Positions 1 to 11,393 of a stretch of 64,000 bases of DNA are shown here, piece after piece. The stretch lies in NCBI RefSeq assembly GCF_009914755.1, contig NC_060928.1; one strand, 5' to 3'. Position 1 is the stretch's first letter. Each line of letters opens with the position of its first letter. A model generated the notes under the pieces. That model was not told where the DNA came from and ran no database searches. It saw only the letters and a list, made by a program, of their open reading frames with translations. Position numbers and translations under genes: made by a program. This DNA is from the human T2T-CHM13v2.0 reference genome, Homo sapiens.

Positions 1-679
1 ACATCCCAAGAGATAGAAATTTAAGACAAGATTTTTTTAAAAGTCTGAGTGTGAGGCTCAATCACTATTACTAAATAAGGAGTTAATATTACTTTTATAT
101 ATAGAACATATAGTTCTTTTAAAGGGGGCCATGGATGGGGCTCATTTTAGTCTGAGACCAGTTGAGAAATTTTGGATGGCTGAGATGAACACCTATTAGT
201 CAGTGGTCTCCAGTACTATTATTTGACCATTTTTCTATTTAGAACTCATTCAAGCTTATATGGCATATTACATTTAATTAATTGAGTGTTTATGCATTAA
301 GGAGTTATTTGCTTGTGACTATAGTGAAATTTCCAGGATTTACGACAGGAACGTTTCAGAACAGCGACATGTGTTTCCCTCCGATTTGTATAGCTTCATT
401 CATTATAATTTTTCCTGATGTTTTGCCTACCATATTATTAACTTCCCCAAAGCAATGAAATACCAGCTTGTCTTCTCACGGCAGAGAAATGAGAGGAATA
501 ATTATGAATGTGGAAATCCCAGTGAAAACATGCTTCTATTGAAAGAGGCTAGTAGTCCAAGAAGGAGCTCCCCTAGATTTATGGAGACCACTAAAAGAAA
601 AAAAACACACACACACAAGAAAACAGATGCATTTTTTTCATCCAGTATGCTGGATGTCCCATATGCAGGGGAAAGAGAT

Positions 680-737
680 TATATATAAATATATTATATA
701 TGTATATGTATATGCATATATGCGTGTGTGTATGTGT
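680..737. repeat. imperfect (TA)n/(TG)n microsatellite
   Basis: tatatataaatatattatatatgtatatgtatatgcatatatgcgtgtgtgtatgtgt read directly. Confidence 0.85.
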
Positions 738-2409
738 CATGCTGGGAAAGAATTTATATTTTACTACAAGTTATAAAGTCTAAATAAATCATCAAGGTTA
801 CAAGTGTGTGCCACGCATAAATATTTAATCACTGCAAAGTGTTCTTTTCAAAATGTAAGGGTTTGTAAGCACAGTGTTTGATTTGTAACTGACTCCAGGG
901 GCAATGTTGAGATGTGTTCCTCACAACTCTTGGCTACTTAAGATCTTACAATCATGAGGAGGAGGAGAGTGTTAGGCAGATTTCAATGCCTGTCAATGAA
1001 AAGACATAGAATAGTCTGGGAAATCAATTCCAGTCAGGGCTGTAGATCAGCAGTTATTTTACAAAGAGCGAGGGCTGACAGGACCACCACAGTCATTCGT
1101 GTTTATTGTTCAAACAGGTGTTTGGGGGCCATCCAGGCTCAATGCAGATCATGTGAAGAAACCAGCAAGGGGCAAGTTTAGGGAGAAAGGAAGAGGACAG
1201 TAAGGGGCCAGGCAGCAGGAGAGGGCAGGGTGTAAGGACAGGCTTGGAGGCAGCCTTCCCCCAGTTTGAGATGGTGTTTGTCTTATGACATCCTGCAGCC
1301 TCCATTGTTATTTCTCACAACATCACGACTGGTGTAGGCACTCTGTCCATCAGGGTGGCCTCTTCTCACAGGAAAAAAAGAAGCCCTTGATTTACATTCT
1401 GCCTTTAGAAATGTTCCCTGCCTTTCTGCTTCATGTTGCCATGTTTTCCTTGCCTACCCTGATGTTCCACATTCGTTTACACAACCTCTCAACTGGCCAC
1501 CAGTTCCAAATGTGTGTTCATTAAGAAGAAGGTTAGATTGAAAAGTAACTCCCAGCCTCAATTCCTACTTCCAAAATCTGTGCCTGAAAGCGGCCCCACA
1601 GTTTAAAGTTATTTCTATCTGTGGATATGTGGGGAAGAGAGTGAAATTTACAAAGTAAAAGTAACCAGCCCAGGACAGGTCATTTGGGTGATGAGGTAGG
1701 GATAACTATATTTTCTTAATGGTCAACTTTTTTTTAATTTTCTTAAAGACAAAAGGTTTATTTAGGAAAAAGACCCTAATCACCCATCTGGGACGGGGAG
1801 ACCCTGTACAGCAAAGAAGTTTCCAAATCCGCAAACCTCAGAGAAGCGGGTAATTGCTATTCATGAGACAGGTAATGGAATGGTACTAGGCTCCTGAATG
1901 GCAGGAACAGAGAGGGATCCAAAGAGACCAGTGGGCACATGGGAAAAGGTCCTGGGGAAAGGTTGAGAGAAAATCCCACTTACGCTGTGGCTAAATAAGA
2001 TTTTAGGGAAAAGAAATGTTTCATGAAATATACACTGCTTACACTTTCTCAGATTTCTTCCATCACCCCCTTCTTCCTCTCTCTTAGGCAGAGCTCCTGA
2101 TGGGCCAATTATGCCTCCACTTCTGGAGACTGATAAAATTCTACAATGGGGACATGAGATCTGATCAGCCACCAACAGTCCAGATGATTCAACATGGAAG
2201 AGAGAGAAAGAGTTAGCTACCCTTTGGGATGAACTATGATCAACGGGAAAGAGAAGGCAGGGGGATACTGAGACATAAATCCCATTTTGTTTTTTCTTCC
2301 TGGGACTTCTCCCTGTTCCCTTTTTCCCTACCAGATGAATTCTGTGTGGTAACCAAGCACACCTACCTAGTGATCTCCTGGGTCTCTTTTTGACATGTCT
2401 GTTTGTTTC

Positions 2410-2560
2410 ATATTTCATTAAATGTATTTGTTGAGCTATTGCAATACAGACACTCTACTAGGAACTAAGGGGACATAGAAATTAACGAGGACTGACTTCA
2501 TCTGTGGGAAACCTATGAGGGCTTCCCTGGGAAGGACATGTTTAAATTAGTACTTGCAGT
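2410..2560 (-). mobile_element. L2 3' fragment
   Basis: catttcattaaatgtatttgttgagctatt...actctactaggaactaaggggacata resembles the reverse L2 3' end. Confidence 0.55.
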
Positions 2561-3397
2561 GTACTGTGATAATAGCAATAAGCCAAGTGTTCTAGAGGAA
2601 CAAGCTGTGACACACGATCATTGTGAGGGCCCCTACCAATGACAAGCCAAAATTTGGAACTCAACCCAGTGTATGAAGCTCAGGAAAATGTGATGTTTAT
2701 TATTAAGCTTTTATATGTCTCAAAGCAAGATTGTGGGGGTTCAGAAACCATTGATTCTCAATGCTTTATTTTCAAATCCTTAGCTTTTACAATAATTTTC
2801 ATTATAAATAAGAATTTCATAGAAATGACCCAAATCCACCTTTTTAAGAAACCTAATAGCTGGAACAAATGCCAATCATGAGGCTAAAGCTCACACCAAG
2901 TTTGTTATCAAAACGAACAATCCAGAGGTGGCACGGAAGGTGGCCTCATTGAAACACTGACCTCGTCAAAACATTGGGGCATAAGATCCCAAAGAACAGC
3001 AATATTCATTAAGAAATAATGCACCCACTTTTAGTCTAAACTTTGTTATTCTCTGATTTTTCAGAAGTAGCACCAACTTCAGTCCACACTGAAGAATTCC
3101 CCAAGGTAACGTACTATAATTTTTAAACTTCTATATTAACCATTCAACTTTTCAATCTTAACACATGCAAAGGTGTATCTGTATAATAAATATTTGGAGA
3201 ATAAAATAGATTTTCTGGAATTTCATGTTATCATATTATAAGATAGATAATTTGAATTGTGATAATTTGCCTTGCATCTTCTGTGTCAAGTTTCCACCAA
3301 GTGATATGTTGGAGATCCCCTGACATGATGTAACCATTTCTCAGAAAGCAAGGAGCCAGTGAATGTTCTAATGCTCCAAATATAAACAAAGTATCGT

Positions 3398-4007
3398 TGT
3401 GGTACGTGGCCTATAATATGGACCCCAGGGATGTCTGCCTCCTGGCATTCACCTTTTTGGGTAATCCTTTGTGAGTGGCCGTACCTAGTTATTTGCCTGT
3501 ACTGAATAGCATAAAGCAAATGTTATAGGATGTCATTCATAAATTACGTACAAAAAACTGTAACTTCCTTCCTGTTTCCCTTCCCTCCCCTGCCCTTCCC
3601 TCACCTCCCCTCCCCTTCCCTTGCTTTCCCTTCTTTCTTTCTGGAACACTCACTTTGGAAGATATAAGCTGCCATTTTGTGAGTTGCTTCTATGGCTAGA
3701 GCCGCAGGACAAGAAACTGATTTCTCCGGCCAACAGCCAGTGAGGACTACCAACAGGCAGTAAGTGAGTGAACTTGGAGGCAGGTTCTCCCCAACTCAAA
3801 CAATTCAATCAGAAGACTGCAGGTGCAGGCCCAGCCCCAACCCCAGCCCCAGCCATGGGACTGCAGCCCATGAGAGACCTTGAGCCAGAGAATGCAGCTA
3901 ATCCTCATCCAAATTTACTCATCCACAGAAACCATGAAATGATAACTGTTCTTTGAAGCTGCTAAATGTGGGGATTATTTGTTGTACAACAACACATAAA
4001 TAAGACA
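3398..4007 (+). mobile_element. MLT1 (MLT1F/E-like) MaLR solo LTR
   Basis: Starts tgtggt...cctcctggcattcac; contains aagctgccat...ggccaacagccagtgagg; ends gctgctaaatgtggggattatttgttg...taagaca (TG...CA). Confidence 0.8.
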
Positions 4008-4058
4008 ATAATCTTGCTCCCAATTTTAAGATAGTTTCTCCATAAGTCATTGCTAAGG

Positions 4059-4427
4059 TGTATTAGTCCATTTTCATACTGCTATGAAGAAATACCCGAG
4101 ACTGGGTAATTTGTAAAGAAAAAGAGGTTTAATGGACTCATAGTTCCACATCGCTGGGGAGGCCAAGGCTTCACAATCATGGCAGAAAGTGAAAGAGGAG
4201 CAAAGGCACATCTTACATGGTGGCAGGCAAGAGAGTGTGTTCAGGGGAACTGCCTTTATAAAACCATCAGAGCTTGTGAGACTTATTCACTATCACAAGA
4301 ACAGTACAGGAGAAACCCACCCCCATGATTCAATTAACTCCCACCAGGTTCCTCCCATGACATGTGGGGATTATGGGAGCTACAATTCAAGATGAGATTT
4401 GGGTGGGGACACAGCCAAACCACATCA
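4059..4427 (-). mobile_element. THE1 (THE1C/D-like) MaLR solo LTR
   Basis: tgtattagtcc...gagactgggtaattt...gagatttgggtggggacacagccaaaccacatca; flanks taagg/taagt (4/5 TSD). Confidence 0.95.
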
Positions 4428-4599
4428 TAAGTCATACCTCAAAAGTCTAGCTATTGAAATAAAATCATTGATAAAGAACAATTGAAAAGCCAAGATCACA
4501 ACTTACCACGACTCATTGGCAAAATTTTCCCCAAAGTTCTATAAAACCAGTGATTCTCCATATTACCCATGCTGCCCTTATCTTTTAACACATTGCATA

Positions 4600-4768
4600 T
4601 AAAACACACTCTATTTGTTCGTTGTCTTGTTTTCTTCCAATTAGAATAGAAGCTCCATCAGGGCAGGAATTTTATTTTATTTTTTTCCCCACTCACATGT
4701 CTCAAAGACTAAAACCAGTGCTTGGCGCATGAGAGTTGCCCAATAAATGTTTCTCGAATGAATTAATT
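4600..4768 (+). mobile_element. L2 3' end
   Basis: tagaatagaagctccatcagggcagg...cagtgcttggcgcat...caataaatgtttctcgaatgaat. Confidence 0.75.
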
Positions 4769-4905
4769 TGACAGGTTTCAATGTTAAATTTATAACTTCT
4801 ACCCACAAGCCATAAACCATAAAAATTGCTGTTCCCCAATCACTGCTTCCATTTTCCCAAACTCACAGTTTGCCCCAAGCTGTTAATTCCACCTAAAATC
4901 CTGTA

Positions 4906-5348
4906 TGTCTTAGATGGCATTTCTCAGATGCAGAATCTAAGACAAGAACTTGTGGGAAATCAATTTATTAAGAAACTATGCCCAAGAGAAACCAGGGAAG
5001 AGTGAGGAGCATGACCGACAGGAGAAATCAAGCAAGGGTGTGATTTCAGGCAAAGTATAAGAGAGGGTAACTTCAGCTTAATCCCACTGGGGAGCTGTTA
5101 AGTGTAAATTATCCCTCCAAATTACACCCATACTAATCAGTCATTGACTAAGGGCTGCCCCAGGGATGTAAACTCCAAGGTACTTGCAGCTCTCCACAAG
5201 TGTGGGTAGAGCCAAGGCTAGGCCTCCAAAGAAGAGACACAGGTGCTGGCTTTAGAAGGAAAACAGCACGGAAGCCGAGAGAAAGGAATGGAGAGCCAGT
5301 AATAGGGAACCAAGGAGACCTGAGTGGAGTTCCAACAGTGTCTGCTAT
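4906..5348 (-). mobile_element. LTR16-family ERVL solo LTR
   Basis: tgtcttag...gcagaatctaagacaagaacttgtgggaaatcaatttatt...gcaagggtgtgatttcaggcaaagt...aacagtgtctgcta. Confidence 0.7.
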
Positions 5349-5719
5349 TCTACATAGGATTTTTACTAGTTTATTTTATTGAAGTCCTACCAACATTCAC
5401 ATAATTCTTTCTCTATGTGCCTCAGCACTATACTAGAACCCTGTATACAGCCTTGTTATTCTTCATTAATTTTCCCTCTACTTTCCTAGATTTTAAACTC
5501 CATAAAAACAGACATAATAAGTTACAGAATTTTGTGCCTTCCCTATTGCGTTGTAAACATAGCAATAACAATTAATATCTCTAGACTGTAATCCCCATGA
5601 TGGTGAAGATCAGTGTATCACCATATATTCAGCAACTGTCACATACACCATATGCAATATACCATATACAAGTGACTGGTGTATGGTAGACACTAAGTAA
5701 ATGTTTTTAGAATAAGTAT

Positions 5720-5950
5720 GAGGGCTTTATAGGCTACAAAAAATGTTTTCTTATGTATTATTTTATTTATCCTTCACAGGATACAGAGAGGCATATGTAG
5801 TAGAAGGGACTATCCATTTTTCAGAAGAAAAAAAAAAAAGGGCTCAGCAATGCAGACTGACTTACCCAATGACGAACTTACTAAATAGGTACTGAGCAGT
5901 GCCTCAGGACTAAAGTTGATTTCAAGTCCAATTTGCTTTCCCCTAAGCAA
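5720..5950 (-). mobile_element. MIR fragment
   Basis: tatccattttt cagaagaaaa...ggctcag...tgacttacccaa MIR core. Confidence 0.65.
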
Positions 5951-6568
5951 TCCTGATTGACGAACAGACTGGGAACATATTTGAAGATTGAAATCAGTTG
6001 AGAGACCCAAGATGACCCAGTCTTAAAACACAAATCTATCTCAAGGTGATTTACTCCAAGAAAAGTCATAGAAGGCACATTTATTGAGCACATAAAAGAT
6101 AATCAATAAATTTTTAATTTTATCGAATTAAATCACATGAAATAGAATGGAAATGGTTGGCTGGAATTAAATTAGATTGAAATAATTTAAATTAAACTAA
6201 GTTTTCTGGTGTCTGTTACTTCCTGAGTCACCCATTTTTGTGTAAAATTGGGAGTGGGAGAAGTAGAGAGGAGGCTAGAAGGGAGGCTGCTGACTGCCCA
6301 CTGCTGGCTATAATTCATTAAGATGTGGGAAGAACTATCAACAGGTGAAATCTCCAGAGCACAGCCTTGCAAACTCATCTCAAACCATGTGCTCCTGCTA
6401 TTCTCCAGGCAGCATTCTGTTTACCCAAATCCTTCATCACAACTCCTGCCACCTTAAAAAAAACCTATTATTTTCCTTACTACTCTATCGTCAATTAGAT
6501 ATCATTGGTGAAAGCATTCAGACAGTCTAGTTTATGGCAAGATGGGAAGGACTGATTGATAGAAACGC

Positions 6569-7352
6569 TATAGCAGATGCTCTCTGTACCTCAACCCTAT
6601 CCTGTTCCAGGACACATCCATAGAGACCTACTACAAACTCTGAAGACTGCCTGAGAGTTTGGCCCTAGCACGGCAGACAGGAAGACAGTGTTAATGTCCC
6701 CTGAAAGTAGCTCTCACCAATGGCAGGTGGGAGTTGAGAAAAAGTACCCTGATTTTCTCACTCTTCTAATGGGCAATTCTATAGTGTAGTCAACATGTCT
6801 TTCTAGAGTTTCCCAAAGGGATTGAACCTTGGTTGCCCATAGCAGTCACCTTTTCAACTGCATACCTTTTCTTCGTTTCCTTGTCTTTCCTGTCTCTTTC
6901 CCACTCCCAAGCCAGTTGCTATGATTTAAATAAGTTCCCTCCAAAATTCATGTTGAAATTTAATCCCCATTTTGGGGATATTAAGAGGTGCTATTAAGAT
7001 GTCTTTAGGAAGTGATTAAATCATGAGGACCTTCATGAATGAATTAATGCCCTACAAAAGGGCTGGGGAGAACTAGCATAGGCCCTCTTTGCTCTTCTGC
7101 ATTTCTCCATGTGAGGACAGAGAAAGAGGGCCCTCACCAGATGCCAAATATGCCAGCACCTTGATCTCAAACTTGGCCTCCAGAAATTTAAGAAATAAAT
7201 TTGTATTGTTCATAAAATACCTAGCCTCAGGTATTTTGTTATAGTAGCACAAATGAATTAAGACACATTTTTTCCCACAATCACCTCTAAAATAAACTAT
7301 TTGCATCCAAATCCTCATCTCGGGGTTTGCTTCTAGTGGAATCTAAGCCTAG
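6569..7352 (+). mobile_element. LTR16A-like ERVL LTR, split by an MST insertion
   Basis: tatagcagatgct...ctctcaccaatggcaggtgggagttg...; resumes after 7265 with aaataaactatttgcatccaaatcctcatctcggggtttgcttct. Confidence 0.7.
6917..7265 (+). mobile_element. MSTD/MLT1A-like MaLR solo LTR
   Basis: tgctatg...ccctccaaaattcatgttgaaa...gccctcaccagatgcc...caccttgatct...ttttgttatagtagcacaaatgaattaagaca. Confidence 0.85.
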
Positions 7353-7424
7353 GTTGTGTTATGCCATTCAGGTGCGTTTAACTGTTAAAAGCAGACAGGC
7401 AGAGCAACAGCCCAAAGGCATAAA

Positions 7425-7570
7425 CCAGATTCATCAGCATCCAGGGTTGAGTCATGTGACAACCTTGGCAAATAGATTATAAAATCTTTGACTTGTTAAG
7501 TGCAACAGTCTTTAAATTTGTGTTGATCTATAGTTAATACTGACAGAATTAATCTAGTCTGACAATTGGA
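7425..7570 (+). repeat. copy 1 of a local direct duplication
   Basis: 7425-7533 aligns without gaps to 8472-8580 (95/109 by hand count); weaker similarity continues for ~37 bp. Confidence 0.9.
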
Positions 7571-7694
7571 GAATGAGAGAATGTTAATAAATAAGATAGT
7601 CCAGTAGGGGGAATAAATTGCAATAAAGAGCCTGCACAGAAGCATCTCCAGGAGTGGTCACGTGACAACGTCCGTCTACATAGCAAGTAGACTG

Positions 7695-7860
7695 GCATGG
7701 TGGAAAGAGCTCTGGACCAAATGTCAGAAACCTGGATTCCAGTGCTGTTGTTGCCACGAATTCATGGCTCAGCCTTGTTATTTTATCTCTTTTATCTTCA
7801 GTTTTTCTTCTGGAAACTTACAGGACTGGATTATTTGATTTCTACAGCCCTTTTGGGCCC
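7695..7860 (+). mobile_element. MIR (MIR3/MIRc-like) fragment
   Basis: gcatggtggaaagagctctggac...cagaaacctggattccag...cttcagtttttcttctggaaa. Confidence 0.65.
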
Positions 7861-8471
7861 CCGGTTTCCATGAATCCATGGAAGCGGATAAAGTGCATAG
7901 CACTTCTTTAAAGGTGTGTTCCACAAGTAATTAATAAACAAGCAAACTGTTCACACAGCACTGGCTGTGTGAAGAGGGACTGTTTAATTAGGCACACCAG
8001 CTGTTCCGATCTGTCTAGACAGACTTCTCTTTTTCCCCAAGATGGCTTTGGCCACACTTGCTCCGACATTATGACAAGGTGTCCTTTGGCTGCAGATAGC
8101 AATTTTGTTGGGTGATAATTCTAATGCCCATAGAGTCAGCTATGGAACTTTCTTTAGTTTTAATGCTGTTTGCCTTTCCAAGTGGAACTGGAGAGATTTA
8201 CCCAAGAAATAGCTAAGAGAGGCAGTTTGTGCAACAGAAGTCACCAAAAATAGCTTCTAGTTTAGCCTTCGTGCCTACCTGTCCATCATCATTAGTGGGC
8301 TCTTTAGTTCCTGCTCCCATTTCCCATCCCTGCCTTTGCGGAATAAAATATTTCAACATCAAAAGGAAACTTCCAAGACATTTAGGTGAACCTCCCACCA
8401 AACCAATATAATAAGCCTTCTCAAGATCTCTGACCAAAGATCTTGAAGCAGAGAAAGTGATTCCTTGACAC

Positions 8472-8618
8472 CCAGGTTCCTCAATATCCAGGCTTGAGTC
8501 ATGGGACAACCTTGGCAAATAGATTGTAAAATGTTTAACTTCCTAAGTGCAACAGGCTTCAAATTTGTGCTGATCTATAGATGATTTGAAACAGAATTTA
8601 TCTGATCTGAGAATTGGA
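8472..8618 (+). repeat. copy 2 of a local direct duplication
   Basis: Offset 1047 bp from copy 1 at 7425. Confidence 0.9.
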
Positions 8619-8959
8619 TAGGAAATCTATGAAATAGCTGTTAGTAATTAAAGAGCATTTTCAAAATGTAGCCAGTCAATTAGATAAGCACAACTCATTG
8701 GATAAGATTTTTTAAAAACATTACATTTTCACCTTTTATTGCCTTTCTCAAATGTATTCAGGAGAAGAAGATGAAAAGTTGTCAGGAAACATAACTTTAT
8801 TTTATTATTGTAGTCCTCCAGTTATATTAAGCCATAAAACAACCTTCATTCAGTTACTGAAAGTATCTGGTCAAGACACTACTCAACAGTTCAATCCTTA
8901 TTCATGCTTAGACTTCTCCTAATTCTCACCCCACATAAACATAGAAAAATTATTTTTAA

Positions 8960-10532
8960 ATAAAATAAGCAATTCAAAAATCATATATTAGAAGGACAAC
9001 ACAGCATGATCAAGAGTGCAATCAAGGTTCATTTAAGAAATGTAAGGTTGATTTAACATTCAAAATCCAATCAATGTAAAGCTTTTCCCCTAAGAGTGGG
9101 AATAAGGTAAGTGATATACTTCCACTCTTACAGTCAATTGATTTTTGATGAAATATTCAAAGTAATTTAATGACGAAAGAAAGTTTTTTCAAAAAATTGT
9201 GTTGAAACAACTGAATATTCATAAGGAAAAGATTTATATATATTATAAAATATATATCATATATATGTATATATAAAAAATAAACTCTTACTTCACACTA
9301 CACACACAAAATAGATTATAGACCTAAAAGTAGGAGAGAGATTATAAAGTATAAGAGGATATCTTCATGACTTTGATATAGGCAAGATTTTCTGGGCAGA
9401 ACCCTGAAAGTATTAGTCAAAAAAGGAAAAGAACTGATAAATCGGACTTGATCAAAATTTAAACTTTTATCCACCAAAAAAAAAAAATAGAAATGACTAG
9501 GCAAGGCACACAGTGGGAGAAAAATATTTGCAGAATAAATATGACAAAGGACTGTATCCAGAATATATAAAGAACACCTACAACTCAAAAATAAAAAGTC
9601 AAACAAACTACATAAAAATGGCAGTGCGGAGAAAGGGGGAAAGCGAAATACTGGAGCAGACATCTCACAGAGGAAAATATGTGAATGGTTAAAAGCCTGT
9701 AACAAAGTGCTCAACATCATTAGTCATCAGGAAAATTCAAATTAAAACCACATGGTGATATCCACTACACACCTACTAAAATGGCTAAAATATTTTAAGC
9801 TGACAATAACAAGAGTTGATGAAGATGAAAAGCAACTGGAACTCTCACACATGGTTGGTGGGCATGTAAAATAGTAAAACCACTTTGGAAACTGATTTGA
9901 CAGGTTCTTAGAAAATTAAACATATACTCTACCCTACAATCCATGAATTCCACTTCTCTGCATTTTCCTAAGGGAAATAAAAACTTAGGTTCTATGTCCA
10001 CAAAAATATTTTCCCACAACTATTCTGAACTCTTTATTCATAAAAGCCAAAAACTTAAAAAAACTTAAATGTCCCAACAGAAATAGAAATTTCATGATAT
10101 TCATTGAATAAATAAATTCTGATATATGCATATTATGGAAAACTACATCATAGTAGTAAAAAAGAAATACATTACTGATACATGCAACGATATGAATGAA
10201 TCTCACATATAGTGTTCTGAGTGAAATAAAAATAATCATGAAAGGGCATATACTATATGATTTCATTTATATGAAGTTCTAGACAAAACTAAACATGTGG
10301 TGAAAGAAATCAGAACATTGGCTGGTTTAAGAGAGAAGGATGTGTGGAAGTCAGCTGGAAGTGGCATGAGGAAACTTCCTGAGGTGATGGAATTCTGTAT
10401 CTTATAGGGAGGTGGATTATATGGATGATTGCATTTATCAAAAGTGATTAAACTGTATACCTAAGATCTTTATATTTCATTGAATGTAAAGTATACGTCA
10501 GTGAAATATGGCATCTTATTAATAAAAAAAAA
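8960..10532 (+). mobile_element. old L1 (L1ME-like), ORF2 3' remnants and 3' UTR
   Basis: caattgatttttgatgaa, tgctcaacatcattagtcatcaggaaaattcaaattaaaaccaca, catgaggaaacttcctgaggtgatggaa; ends aataaaaaaaaa. Confidence 0.9.
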
Positions 10533-10771
10533 TACACCCGGTAATAAAAGTGTTATAACTGAAATGATTGACAGGAGTGACAGTGGCACCAAGAAGGAAG
10601 CAGTCAAACCTGGTAGAGAGAGGCCGGAAAGTCTAGAGACAAGAATGAAATCTGGATCTGGAAATAGCAGTAGGAGATTGTACATGGAATGGAGAACGAA
10701 ACACGAATTGGGGATGTGCATTTGGGACCCAGGAATGTGCTAGCAAGCCTCAAGTTAGTTATCTATGAGAG

Positions 10772-11029
10772 ATAATATAGCCAGTAGTTAACATTTTGCA
10801 ACCTGCCAAATTGTCTAGGTTGATATTTCAGCTCCACAGCTTACTAGCTATGAGTCTTCGGGAAAGTTTCCTAACATTTCTATGCCTCACTTATCTTCTT
10901 TGTAAAACAAGGAAAAATAATATTACTTACTTCAGAAAGTTGTGAGGATCATACACTTTAATACATGAAAATACAGAAAAAAAAATCTGGCTATACTTAA
11001 CATTCACTAAACATTAGCTGCTATCATTG
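10772..11029 (+). mobile_element. MIR, near full length
   Basis: cagctccacagcttactagctatgagtcttcgggaaagtttcctaacatttctatgcctcacttatcttctttgtaaaa. Confidence 0.85.
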
Positions 11030-11202
11030 CTTATGTTTTTCTGAGGGAGAAGGAAAGAATATTGACCATGGGCACCTGAAGGAGAGGTGGGAAGTGGGAT
11101 GAGAATGGGAAGTCATCTGTTTCTCAATCAAACCTGGGAACGAAATCATAACATCTATATAAAATTCAGCTAGAGCCAGAAGGCTAAGAAGTGGTTTCGG
11201 GG

Positions 11203-11393
11203 ATGCTCACTTCAGTAGTACATATGCTAAAACTGGAGTGATCCAGAGAAGAATAGCATGGCCTCTGTGCAAATTTGATCCAGAGAGGAATAGCATGGCC
11301 CACTATGCACTATTTCCATGATGATGTGTAAATTTGTGACGTGTTCTATATTAAAAGAGAGAAAGAGAGAGAGAGAGAAAGAGAGAGAAGAAG
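11203..11393 (+). pseudogene. U6 snRNA retropseudogene with internal duplication and GA-rich tail
   Basis: atgctcacttcagtagtacatatgctaaaactggagtgatccagagaagaatagcatggcc...aaatttgtgacgtgttctatatt matches U6; TSD aagaagtggtttcgggg (11186-11202) / aagaagtggtttaggga (11394-11410). Confidence 0.92.

Noticed and set aside
1861-2418. 185 aa minus-strand ORF
   Set aside because: No recognisable domain, and the composition does not look coding; chance ORF
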